DNA of 39,308 nt from a virus. The stretch covers positions 1 through 39,308 of IMG/VR virus record IMGVR_UViG_3300045988_099729; one strand, 5' to 3'. A model generated the notes under the pieces. It did no database searches. It was given only the letters and a program-made list of their open reading frames with translations, and was not told the DNA's origin. This document shows positions 7,340 to 15,190 of this stretch, piece after piece (within the stretch, counting starts at the first letter, position 1; the number at the start of each line of letters is the position of its first letter). The position numbers were made by a program, and so were the translations under genes.

Positions 7340-8731
7340 CTATAAGAAATCAACAGAGTCAACGGTATGATCAGTATTCAGGTGAATCTTCCGGATAATG
7401 GAGTGCCAGAAAGCTCTGCGGTTTTCTTGGGTTAAATTGTAGTACATTGTTCTAAAGTCTGTATTCAGCAGATCTTCCAGATAAGCATAATCAGGTTCTA
7501 ATTCCGGAGCCGCATTTAACAATTCATTCAGATCGTTTTCAATCCGATCATATTCTTTGCTGTAATAATCCCATTCGATTCTTCCTTTCTGGAAGAGAAG
7601 ATTTAATCGTTCTAATTCTTTCTGGAGCTTTTCCGGAGTCTGGACTTTCTTCTTTTTTTCTTGTTCCTTTTCAATTTTTTCACATTTTATTTTAAATTTA
7701 TTGTATTCGTATTCCAGATGATCAATCAGGTATTGTTCTATGAGATTTTGACTTACCATGTGCTTGTATGTACATTTGTGATCAATAAAAGCTTTGTTGC
7801 ATCGGTAATAGCAGTATATTTTTTTGGCACCGGTTTTCCGGTTGATAATGGACGAACCGCCTCTTGCGCTAAGCCTGCGTCCACAGATCGGACAATTTAT
7901 CATGCCACTGAAAAGATAAATCCGGCCAGAAGGAGCACGCTTAACATTTGCGTTCTGTATTTCCTGCAGATTGTTCCATTCAGATTCTGTCAGGTAAGCA
8001 GGGCAGTATGGAATCCCGCGATAGGTTCCTTTGTAAAATTCACTCGACAGCAGTGTTCGCATATTCGCCCATGTAAAATCCGGATCATAATTTTCCTGAA
8101 TATAGCGCATGGAAAGCCCTTTTGCATGGTGCTTAAAGAAAAAACGATAAAAGGCATTTACAGTGTCTTCTCGATCTGGATCTTTTACCATGCGTTTTAC
8201 TCCATCAATGATTCCGGATTTGTAGCCGTACCCCATATTCACATCACCGAAGATCAGCTTTCCCTGTCGGATAGATGCTTCGTTTACGAATTTGATACGT
8301 TCGCTGGTGGTATCCACTTCATTCTGGCCAATAGACAGGACTACATTCAGCTGCAACCGTCCATCCCTGGTTTCCATATTGATTCCTGGTTCACTGGTGC
8401 TGATCCAGCGGACGTTATTATTGTCGAGGACTTCTTGGACCTTATAAAAATCAGACAGGTTACGAAACCATCTATCAATCCGCCAGAAGATGATCACATC
8501 AATTTTTCCGGCTTTTACATCTTCGAGAAGTGAATGGATAGCTTTTCTCTTTTTTAATTCTTTACGGGCGGTTTTACCTTCATCCGCATAAACTCCAACA
8601 ATAGTCATGTTGTGCTCTTTGGCGTAATTGGTCAGGTACTGCTTTTGCGCTTCCAGGGATTTACCGTGCATCATCTGTTCAGCGGTAGACACACGGATGT
8701 AAATGGCGCAGCGTTCAATTTTACTTGGCAT
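7340..8731 (-). CDS. int: Large serine recombinase (phage integrase), 463 aa
   Basis: N-terminal resolvase motif CAIYIRVSTAEQ. Central recombinase domain, Cys-rich zinc ribbon (CPICGRRL...CYYRC...C) and C-terminal coiled coil (KEQEKKKKVQTPEKLQKELERL). Confidence 0.9.
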   Translation of the reverse strand: MPSKIERCAIYIRVSTAEQMMHGKSLEAQKQYLTNYAKEHNMTIVGVYADEGKTARKELKKRKAIHSLLEDVKAGKIDVIIFWRIDRWFRNLSDFYKVQEVLDNNNVRWISTSEPGINMETRDGRLQLNVVLSIGQNEVDTTSERIKFVNEASIRQGKLIFGDVNMGYGYKSGIIDGVKRMVKDPDREDTVNAFYRFFFKHHAKGLSMRYIQENYDPDFTWANMRTLLSSEFYKGTYRGIPYCPAYLTESEWNNLQEIQNANVKRAPSGRIYLFSGMINCPICGRRLSARGGSSIINRKTGAKKIYCYYRCNKAFIDHKCTYKHMVSQNLIEQYLIDHLEYEYNKFKIKCEKIEKEQEKKKKVQTPEKLQKELERLNLLFQKGRIEWDYYSKEYDRIENDLNELLNAAPELEPDYAYLEDLLNTDFRTMYYNLTQENRRAFWHSIIRKIHLNTDHTVDSVDFL

Positions 8732-8802
8732 ATTATATCACCTTTCTCTTCAATATACGTAAAAATGAGTATAAAAATAACAGCCTGAGAACTTTTGTTC
8801 TC

Positions 8803-8831
8803 TTGCGTGGCTGCTCCGGAGATGATACAAT
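8803..8831 (+). promoter_or_regulatory. Sigma-70-like promoter (TTGCGT-17 nt-TACAAT) driving the candidate small RNA
   Basis: -35 at 8803..8808 and -10 at 8826..8831. The palindrome gagaac-tttt-gttctc (8787..8802) abuts the -35. Confidence 0.45.
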
Positions 8832-8837
8832 ATTATT

Positions 8838-8933
8838 GCATTTGGGTATCTCTTCGGAGTACTTAATAGAGAAACATATTGGCGTATGTTTCATCGCTCG
8901 ACCGTTCCTGTTGGCGCAGGAGCGGTTTTTTTT
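8838..8933 (+). ncRNA. Candidate ~95-nt small RNA with two hairpins that both have the loop UUGGCG; the second is a rho-independent terminator
   Basis: Hairpin 1 is 8871..8878/8885..8892 (8 bp, perfect) with loop ttggcg. Hairpin 2 is 8902..8910/8917..8925 (9 bp, one G-U) with loop ttggcg, followed by T8 (8926..8933). There is no convincing ORF. Confidence 0.45.
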
Positions 8934-8935
8934 AT

Positions 8936-9481
8936 TTATTTCAGCAGATCGGCAATACGGATCTTTAAATCATTGTAGATTCCCACGCTGATTTCTTCAT
9001 CAAAAGAATATTGCGTAGAATCTTCTGGCTCACCAAAACAGTAGACTTGGACGATCCGTGTCATTGGATTGACAATCCAGTATTCGCGGACACCGGCTGT
9101 ACGGTACTTAAATAATTTTGTAAGGTAATCCATACGCTGGCTGCTTGGCGATACAATTTCAATGATGAAATCAGGAGCGCCGTTGCATCCTCTGTCGTTC
9201 ATTTTGCTTGGATCACATATTATGGAGATATCCGGCTCAACATAATTATAATTATCCTGATTAAGAAAAACAGCAAATGGAGCAGGATAAACCTCACAGG
9301 AACCACTATTTGATTTAATGTAGTTTCTGATGGTTGCAGATAATTCCATTACAAGTTTCTGATGCAATGGACTTGGTGGAGCCATATTGTAGATCTGACC
9401 ATCGATCAGCTCGGCACGCTGTCCATCTGGAAGAAGATAGATATCTTCAACTGTGTAAGTGTTTGGTTTTGGTAATGGCAT
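8936..9481 (-). CDS. Uma2-family (DUF820) putative endonuclease, 181 aa
   Basis: Typical Uma2 pattern: YTVEDIYLLPDGQRAELIDGQIY-MAPPSPLHQ ... EPDISII ... APDFIIEIVSPSS ... D...K...Y...GV-EYWIV. Confidence 0.8.
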   Translation of the reverse strand: MPLPKPNTYTVEDIYLLPDGQRAELIDGQIYNMAPPSPLHQKLVMELSATIRNYIKSNSGSCEVYPAPFAVFLNQDNYNYVEPDISIICDPSKMNDRGCNGAPDFIIEIVSPSSQRMDYLTKLFKYRTAGVREYWIVNPMTRIVQVYCFGEPEDSTQYSFDEEISVGIYNDLKIRIADLLK

Positions 9482-9519
9482 GTGATCACGTCCTTTCTGA
9501 AAATAAAATAAAGTTAATA

Positions 9520-11031
9520 TTATTCTAGTTCTTCGTCGTCTTCATCGGTATTAACGTAATTTTTTGAATAGTTTTCAGTAGTTGATAAAGATTGACGGTA
9601 TTCTTCAGCTGCCATAGTTCGATTAAATTCGGCAGTTGGCTCTATTTCGGTGACTAATTCTTCCAATTCATCTATTGTAACGTTGAAGAATTCTTTTCTC
9701 ATGTTTACTTTGTTGACTCGCTTTTGATTTAACATTTCATGCAATTTGCTTTCTAATCCAACAGCATCATCAGAGAAAATAAAGCTGTGGACATCAAATT
9801 TAAATGGAACAGATGCATTACCCAATTCATCTACACGATCCTGAGGATTAAGTCTTCTTGTCATTCCGATTTTAAATACATTTTCACCAAATGAACCAAG
9901 ATTGCTAATAACATATACATTTCCCGCTTTTCCATTCGCAAGATTGGAAATTTCTTCTTTTTTGAGAACAACTTCAGATAATTGCGCTTGTAATTGAAGG
10001 ATTCGAGCATTAAGTTGTTCGATTTCAGACGAAGAGGCGGATTGCAACTGATTCTGTAACTTTTCTATTTCAGTATTATATTTAGATTCTTCTTTTTCTA
10101 CTTTCTTGCGCTCTGCTTCGAGAGCTTTGCGTTCTTGGGCTTCCTGTCGCATTTGCTCACGAATAGCAAGTTGCTCTTGGCGAGACTGTTCTTTTTTGAC
10201 GTAATAGTTATATTCTATTTTTACAGCATTGATAAAGAGATATTCTATTTCTCCGATGAATTTAGTTAATGTACCGGCTATGCTCTGATTTCCTTCAGCT
10301 GCAACTTTTAAGAATTTTTGAGTTACCTTTTTGACATCTCCAATAGATGTATCGAGTTTCTCATATTTGAGGTTATATAAAATATTCTGAAGCTCAGCTC
10401 GGAGAGCAATGACCATTAACTTATAAATAGCTTGATTGGCTTTTGTGGTATATCTGGCAGAATATTTTTGCAAAATAGAATCTATCTGCTTATCATTAAG
10501 TCTATAAGCTTTCTGTAAATCTTTTATATCCATGCAATGTAATTTTAATATAACAGACGGACTAATTTCTTCCAGTTCGGATAATTGATTTTCAGGAAAA
10601 CGAAGAGTGCTTTGCGAAGGCTCATAATTCAAGTATTTATCAAATGTGTAATTTATGGCTTTTACGAGTTCCTTAGATTTATTCAGTTTATTAGTTTGAG
10701 TTTTTACATTTTTGTTTAATTTTACCTCTTGAGAACGCAATTCCTCTAATTGGTTCAAAATATTTTGACATTCAGAATTTTTTTCAGCGATGGATTTATC
10801 GATGGAATCCAGATGCTTTTGGAAGTCTTCTTGAGCGGTTTGCTTTTTGGATTCATACTCACTTTTTAACTGCTCGGTCATGTCAAGAATTTTGTAATAA
10901 TCAAAAGCTCCTAATTCTTGGAGTTGTTGGTGCATATTTTGATTATCGTTAAGTAAGTTTTGATTTTCGTTTTTGAGTTGTTCGATTTCAGCTTTGAATT
11001 GCTTAATTTTAAAAATATCCCCTATTCCCAT
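9520..11031 (-). CDS. DUF4041-like coiled-coil protein with a C-terminal T5orf172/MUG113 (GIY-YIG-like) domain, 503 aa; candidate defence gene
   Basis: Long coiled-coil N-terminal and middle parts. The C-terminus is NVYVISNLGSFGENVFKIGMTRRLNPQDRVDELGNASVPFKFDVHSFIFSDDAVGLESKLHEML...KEFF. AAGGAG RBS. The gene is strongly AT-rich. Confidence 0.75.
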   Translation of the reverse strand: MGIGDIFKIKQFKAEIEQLKNENQNLLNDNQNMHQQLQELGAFDYYKILDMTEQLKSEYESKKQTAQEDFQKHLDSIDKSIAEKNSECQNILNQLEELRSQEVKLNKNVKTQTNKLNKSKELVKAINYTFDKYLNYEPSQSTLRFPENQLSELEEISPSVILKLHCMDIKDLQKAYRLNDKQIDSILQKYSARYTTKANQAIYKLMVIALRAELQNILYNLKYEKLDTSIGDVKKVTQKFLKVAAEGNQSIAGTLTKFIGEIEYLFINAVKIEYNYYVKKEQSRQEQLAIREQMRQEAQERKALEAERKKVEKEESKYNTEIEKLQNQLQSASSSEIEQLNARILQLQAQLSEVVLKKEEISNLANGKAGNVYVISNLGSFGENVFKIGMTRRLNPQDRVDELGNASVPFKFDVHSFIFSDDAVGLESKLHEMLNQKRVNKVNMRKEFFNVTIDELEELVTEIEPTAEFNRTMAAEEYRQSLSTTENYSKNYVNTDEDDEELE

Positions 11032-11052
11032 AAAGTGTTCTCCTTTGTATTA

Positions 11053-11511
11053 TTATATAAATTTAATAATTGTAAGATGTGGTATAAAATACACCACATA
11101 ATTATCCACCTGTTTACAGATTCCGTATTTATTCCGGTAACACTCAATACATTCTTCCAGAAATTCTTCTGTCACTTCCAGGTATTCAGCGATTTCAAAC
11201 CGGTTCTGACAGCCATGCTCAAAGGCTCGTACCAGTCCGATCAGACCGATCTGCTTGTTGTACGCCCAGAGTCTTGCCTGACGTTCCTGTTTTCGGTTGG
11301 CAGCAGATGTCATATCGATGATATTTCCGACAGATGTTTCGTGGTGTCCGAGTTCTTCAGCTAAAGCACAGGTCTTTTCCGGAATGGTCATGTCTTCTCG
11401 GATGGCAATCTTGTTTCCCTTAATTCTTCCGTCACTTCCTTGGAGGGGCTTTTCCTTTACCAGCATTCCATCATTGTAGGCATTGTCTAAAAGTATTTCG
11501 TAAGGATTCAA
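11053..11511 (-). CDS. ImmA/IrrE-family (COG2856) metallopeptidase-like protein with an atypical EELGH motif, 152 aa
   Basis: Directly downstream of the XRE repressor, as in ImmR/ImmA pairs. The motif LAEELGHHETS (11341..11358) sits where HExxH is expected. Confidence 0.7.
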   Translation of the reverse strand: MNPYEILLDNAYNDGMLVKEKPLQGSDGRIKGNKIAIREDMTIPEKTCALAEELGHHETSVGNIIDMTSAANRKQERQARLWAYNKQIGLIGLVRAFEHGCQNRFEIAEYLEVTEEFLEECIECYRNKYGICKQVDNYVVYFIPHLTIIKFI

Positions 11512-11523
11512 CCTAACACCTCC

Positions 11524-12012
11524 CTAGAAATTTTTATCATCCATAATATCATCATCGTGCTGGTTCATTTTGTCAGTTACTTCTATATCTGTACGTCCAT
11601 GAGCTGCTTGGACAGTAAGGTCTTCTTCCATTTGCTGGTTCGCAAGCAGATTTTTTGAATAGGTAAGGACTCTTTTCTGATTCGGAGAAGAGAGTTTTTC
11701 GTATATATCAAGTAGTTCTTTATGCTCTCCGTGAAATTTATACACATTATTCTTAAATTTATCTGCTATTTCTTTCGGAGCTTCTTTTCCGGAGAAATTT
11801 GTGTCTATCTGTTCCCAGCCCATTAAATCGCTAGGAGATGTCTGCAGCACATCAGCAAAAGCAAGTATCTTTGATTGAGGCAAGTCTACCAATCCTTTTT
11901 CTATTTTTGCAATCATACTTTTATCGGCATAACCTAGTTTAATTGCTAAATCTGTCTGCGTTAATTGCAATTCTAATCGTCTCTTTTTTATGTTTTTATA
12001 TAATTGAAGCAT
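11524..12012 (-). CDS. XRE-family HTH repressor (CI-like), 162 aa
   Basis: ATG at 12012 with AAGGAGG RBS; the ORF-track ORF is trimmed. HTH: LQLTQTDLAIKLGYADKSMIAKIEKG. Divergent from the early operon. Confidence 0.85.
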   Translation of the reverse strand: MLQLYKNIKKRRLELQLTQTDLAIKLGYADKSMIAKIEKGLVDLPQSKILAFADVLQTSPSDLMGWEQIDTNFSGKEAPKEIADKFKNNVYKFHGEHKELLDIYEKLSSPNQKRVLTYSKNLLANQQMEEDLTVQAAHGRTDIEVTDKMNQHDDDIMDDKNF

Positions 12013-12033
12013 TTTGCGTACCTCCTTGATTTC

Positions 12034-12062
12034 AATATAGCACAGGATTGAAAAATATTCAA
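12034..12062 (-). promoter_or_regulatory. Repressor promoter (minus strand TTGAAT-17 nt-TATATT with TGn extension)
   Basis: On the minus strand the -35 is at 12062..12057 and the -10 at 12039..12034. It overlaps the palindrome ttgaaaaatattcaa (12048..12062). Confidence 0.5.
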
Positions 12063-12131
12063 CATTTTTGTAAAAATAGTTGACACACATTCAACCCTAT
12101 GGTATATTGATAGCGTTGAATGAAATTCAAC
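12048..12131. promoter_or_regulatory. Operator-like palindromes TTGAA-N5-TTCAA flanking the divergent promoters
   Basis: ttgaaaaatattcaa (12048..12062) and gttgaatgaaattcaac (12115..12131). A further ttcaac half-site is at 12091..12096. Confidence 0.5.
12080..12108 (+). promoter_or_regulatory. Early rightward promoter (TTGACA-17 nt-TATATT with TGn extended -10)
   Basis: -35 at 12080..12085 and -10 at 12103..12108, preceded by tgg. Confidence 0.6.
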
Positions 12132-12151
12132 TAGAAAGGAGGGGCGTAGCC

Positions 12152-12364
12152 TTGGCAGACATCAAACTTTTAAAAGAAAGAATTGCCGATAGCGGAATGA
12201 CAATCAAAGCCATCTGTGAAAAAAGCGGTATTCTTAGAGAAACATTCTACAATCGTTTAAAAGGTGGAGAGTTTACAGCTTCTGAAATCGTTGGGTTAAC
12301 AAAGACATTAAAACTTTCAAGGTCTGACAGAGACAAAATTTTTTTAAACGAAAAGTTGAACTAA
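12152..12364 (+). CDS. Small Cro/excisionase-like HTH protein (70 aa, TTG start)
   Basis: AAGGAGG at 12137..12143 and an in-frame TTG at 12152. It is the first gene of the operon divergent from the repressor. Helix-turn-helix-like MTIKAICEKSGILRETFYNRLKG. Confidence 0.6.
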   Translation: MADIKLLKERIADSGMTIKAICEKSGILRETFYNRLKGGEFTASEIVGLTKTLKLSRSDRDKIFLNEKLN

Positions 12365-12392
12365 ATGACACCTTAAGGAGGTAATCACAGAA

Positions 12393-13094
12393 ATGGACAA
12401 CTTACAGATTTTTAATTCAGAAGAGTTCGGGGAAATCCGAACAGTACAACTTAATAATGAAACATATTTTGTAGGAAAAGACGTGGCAACAGCACTTGGT
12501 TATGCAAATCCTAAAAATGCAGTTCCAACTCATGTAAGTGAGGAAGATAAGCTGAGTACCCAAATCGAGTACGCAGGTCAGAGAAGAGAAGTAACGGTCA
12601 TCAACGAGTCTGGCTTATATGCTTTAATCTTCGGAAGTAAGCTGGAGTCAGCTAAGAGATTTAAGCGCTGGGTGACAAGCGAGGTGCTTCCAGCTATCAG
12701 AAAGACTGGTTCTTATCAGAAGCCGCTTACACCACAGGAGATGTTGCGTATTCAGCTTGGTATGATCGATAACCACGAAGACAGAATCGCTGATCTTGAG
12801 CAGAATATGACAATTGATTACGGTCAGCAGATGGTACTTGGCGATACAGTCAGCAAAGTGGTTATTGATGCACTTGGCGGGAAAGAAAGTAATGCCTATA
12901 AAGAAATCAGTAAAAAGGTATTTGCGGAATGCAACAGAGATTTGAAACATTACTTTAATGTCAATGCGAGAAATAATGTTCCGAAAAAGAAATTCGATGA
13001 AGCTGTGCAGTATGTAAAGAATTGGCAGCCGTGTACAAATACAAGGATTATGATTCAGGAATGTAACGCCCAGTTATCTATGGGGTGTGATTAA
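12393..13094 (+). CDS. Antirepressor-type protein (Bro-N/ORF6N N-terminal domain, ORF6C-like C-terminal domain)
   Basis: FNSEEFGEIRTVQLNNETYFVGKDVATALGY...ESGLYALIFGSKLESAKRFKRWVTSEVLPAIRKTG is the classic Bro-N pattern. Confidence 0.85.
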   Translation: MDNLQIFNSEEFGEIRTVQLNNETYFVGKDVATALGYANPKNAVPTHVSEEDKLSTQIEYAGQRREVTVINESGLYALIFGSKLESAKRFKRWVTSEVLPAIRKTGSYQKPLTPQEMLRIQLGMIDNHEDRIADLEQNMTIDYGQQMVLGDTVSKVVIDALGGKESNAYKEISKKVFAECNRDLKHYFNVNARNNVPKKKFDEAVQYVKNWQPCTNTRIMIQECNAQLSMGCD

Positions 13095-13098
13095 AATT

Positions 13099-13389
13099 AT
13101 GAATCAAGATGTAGGCGAGACACAAATCGCAAGACAGCTTGTTGATCGGTATCCGGAATTATCTGGTTATATCAGCTTTCAAGGATTGAAAAAGTTAGCA
13201 CGGAGAGCACTGCTTAGAGGTTATTCAGAGCAAATGGTAGTGTTCGGATTAGATACGGTTATCAAAAAAAACTATAAGCGAGACGAATACCGTGGAAATG
13301 ATGCACTTGATGAGAAACGTTTCATATTGGATGCCGAGTTCCGAGCCGTTATGCAAGGACAGGATGAGACAAAAATATTGTGGTGTTAG
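13099..13389 (+). CDS. Hypothetical early protein (96 aa; alternative GTG start at 13087)
   Basis: ORF in the operon with phage-like codon usage and no recognisable motif. Confidence 0.55.
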   Translation: MNQDVGETQIARQLVDRYPELSGYISFQGLKKLARRALLRGYSEQMVVFGLDTVIKKNYKRDEYRGNDALDEKRFILDAEFRAVMQGQDETKILWC

Positions 13390-13468
13390 GGGGAAGAAAA
13401 ATCAAGCAGGACAAATCAACAAGTACAACCAGCACCGCATAAACTTCAATAGAAAGTAGGTGGTAAGC

Positions 13469-13567
13469 ATGAAACCCGATATCGAAAAAATCATACAGGT
13501 GATGATTTCTTTATTGGAAGAACAGGAAAAAGTGAAAATTACATATACCATTGAGAAAACCGCGTAA
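13469..13567 (+). CDS. Possible 32-aa small ORF (MKPDIEKIIQVMISLLEEQEKVKITYTIEKTA)
   Basis: AGGTGG 7 nt upstream of the ATG. It fills an otherwise empty gap and is too short to judge. Confidence 0.3.
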   Translation: MKPDIEKIIQVMISLLEEQEKVKITYTIEKTA

Positions 13568-13604
13568 GCGGTACCAGTTGGACAAGCAAAGGAGGGATGA
13601 AAAA

Positions 13605-13841
13605 ATGTTTTATAAGATCGCAAAGACACTCAGCGTAACGGCAAGCATTACCGGAATCTTGATGATGGCTGGTGCGTGCTCAGTGAAAAGTCAGGAGCTG
13701 TTTTACTTATATGCAGCACTTGGAATCACAACACTTACTACCGGAGCATTTGCACTGGAATATTTCCGGATACGGGAATGGCAGTACCGGAAAAGGAAAA
13801 TAAGGGAGGCGAGGGAGCATGCCAGAAGAGAAGCAGCGTAA
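13605..13841 (+). CDS. Small membrane protein (78 aa, two hydrophobic segments, basic C-terminus)
   Basis: AAGGAGGGA RBS and ATG at 13605. Hydrophobic segments TASITGILMMAGA and LYAALGITTLTTGAFAL. Confidence 0.6.
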   Translation: MFYKIAKTLSVTASITGILMMAGACSVKSQELFYLYAALGITTLTTGAFALEYFRIREWQYRKRKIREAREHARREAA

Positions 13842-14049
13842 GAGCATGAGAACGTCAGAGCTTGATAAGATGATCAACAAACTGCAGTCGCTGGAAAGGG
13901 TTGACGGTACATCCGAGTATTACAAGAATAATGCGATCGCATACTTGTCGGATCTGGCAAATTATCTGGATAGGATAGGCGTAAAGACAATAAAAATGCG
14001 CCCGGAAGTTGCAGCTTCCAGTGGCGCACATAACAAAAAACTCAACTAA
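13819..14049 (+). CDS. Hypothetical early protein (76 aa)
   Basis: GGGAGG-type RBS. The ORF overlaps the previous gene end. Confidence 0.55.
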   Translation: MPEEKQRKSMRTSELDKMINKLQSLERVDGTSEYYKNNAIAYLSDLANYLDRIGVKTIKMRPEVAASSGAHNKKLN

Positions 14050-14079
14050 ATTATAGGAAAATCGGAGGAGAAAGTCAAT

Positions 14080-14337
14080 ATGATCAGAGTTGAAAAAGGA
14101 ACATGTGATATTAAGACATCGGAGGGAGTGCCGGGATTAATGGCAGATTTGGCGGTTATCGTCCGGACTCTTAAAAAGACACTGACGGAGAAGTGCGATC
14201 AAAGCGAAGCCGAGGCGAAGGAAGTAATTAACCGGGCGGTGGAGCTTGGTCTTGTAACGGATGCGGAACTTGAATCGGAAGCGTTTAAGGTAGTGGGAGA
14301 ATTTCTGACAATGCTGATGAATAATTCGTCTCTTTAG
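14080..14337 (+). CDS. Hypothetical early protein (85 aa)
   Basis: GGAGGAG RBS 8 nt upstream of the ATG. Confidence 0.6.
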   Translation: MIRVEKGTCDIKTSEGVPGLMADLAVIVRTLKKTLTEKCDQSEAEAKEVINRAVELGLVTDAELESEAFKVVGEFLTMLMNNSSL

Positions 14338-14368
14338 AGAAGGATGTGTACCTAAAGGGGGCGTGATA

Positions 14369-14500
14369 ATGGAAAAGAAACCATTGATTATTCGGTGCTC
14401 TGATGGGTGGATCTACGGCTTATTCGGTTATTACGAGGAAGCGGTAGAAGTGGCAGAACAGCATATAGACGGAACAGAACATACATATATCATCATATGA
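14369..14500 (+). CDS. Possible 43-aa small ORF (MEKKPLIIRCSDGWIYGLFGYYEE...)
   Basis: AAGGGGG upstream. It fills the gap before the exonuclease gene. Confidence 0.35.
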   Translation: MEKKPLIIRCSDGWIYGLFGYYEEAVEVAEQHIDGTEHTYIII

Positions 14501-14516
14501 AAAGCGTGAGGAAAAG

Positions 14517-15173
14517 ATGGAACCTTATAAAATCTATGATTTTGAAGATGAAAAAGCCTGGCTGAAGGGGCGGTTAAACGGAATCGGCGGAAGTGATGCA
14601 AGTGCTGTGGTTGGAAAGAACCCATACAAAACAAACATTGAGCTGTTTGAAGAAAAGACCGGCAGAAGGATTGCACCAGACATTTCAGAAAAGCCTTATG
14701 TAATCTATGGGAAAGAGGCGGAGCAGTTCATCAGGGAGCTGTTCCGCCTGGATTATCCACAGTATCAGGTTGCGCACCATGAATTCCGGATCTTGCAGAG
14801 TCTGGAGTATCCGTTCATGCAGGCTTCTCTGGATGGGGAGCTGGTTGATCAGGACGGCCGGAAAGGGATTCTGGAGATTAAGACCACCAACATTCTGCAG
14901 TCTATGCAATATGAGAAATGGAAGGACCGGATCCCGGATAACTATTACATTCAGGTGCTGCATTATCTGCTTGTTACCGGATATGAGTTTGTTGTCCTCC
15001 GGGCACATTTACGGAGTAACTGGGGAACAGATGTCCGGACACAGGTAAAACATTATTTTATTGAAAGAGCAGAAGTCAAGGCTGATCTGGATTATCTGCA
15101 GGAGGAAGAAATCAAGTTTTGGAAGTATGTGGAAAGCGGACGGAAACCGCCACTGATACTTCCAGAGATCTAA
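14517..15173 (+). CDS. YqaJ-type viral recombinase exonuclease (lambda Exo-like PD-(D/E)xK)
   Basis: WLKGRLNGIGGSDASAVVGKNPYKT...LFRLDY...ASLDGEL...GILEIKT is typical of the YqaJ family. It lies upstream of RecT. Confidence 0.85.
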   Translation: MEPYKIYDFEDEKAWLKGRLNGIGGSDASAVVGKNPYKTNIELFEEKTGRRIAPDISEKPYVIYGKEAEQFIRELFRLDYPQYQVAHHEFRILQSLEYPFMQASLDGELVDQDGRKGILEIKTTNILQSMQYEKWKDRIPDNYYIQVLHYLLVTGYEFVVLRAHLRSNWGTDVRTQVKHYFIERAEVKADLDYLQEEEIKFWKYVESGRKPPLILPEI

Positions 15174-15190
15174 AAAAGAAGGAGGAGCGT

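Noticed and set aside
7340-8731. The large serine recombinase as the enzyme that inverts the fibre cassettes.
   Set aside because: Its size, domain layout and position next to the lysogeny module are those of a phage integrase. Such enzymes act on attP/attB, and nothing near it resembles the 19-bp core. This cannot be fully excluded, because the window contains no other complete recombinase gene.
8725-8991. An 88-aa + strand ORF upstream of the integrase.
   Set aside because: It has no RBS and an implausible sequence, and it runs through the promoter, both hairpins and into the convergent Uma2 gene. The region is better explained as regulatory or small-RNA sequence.
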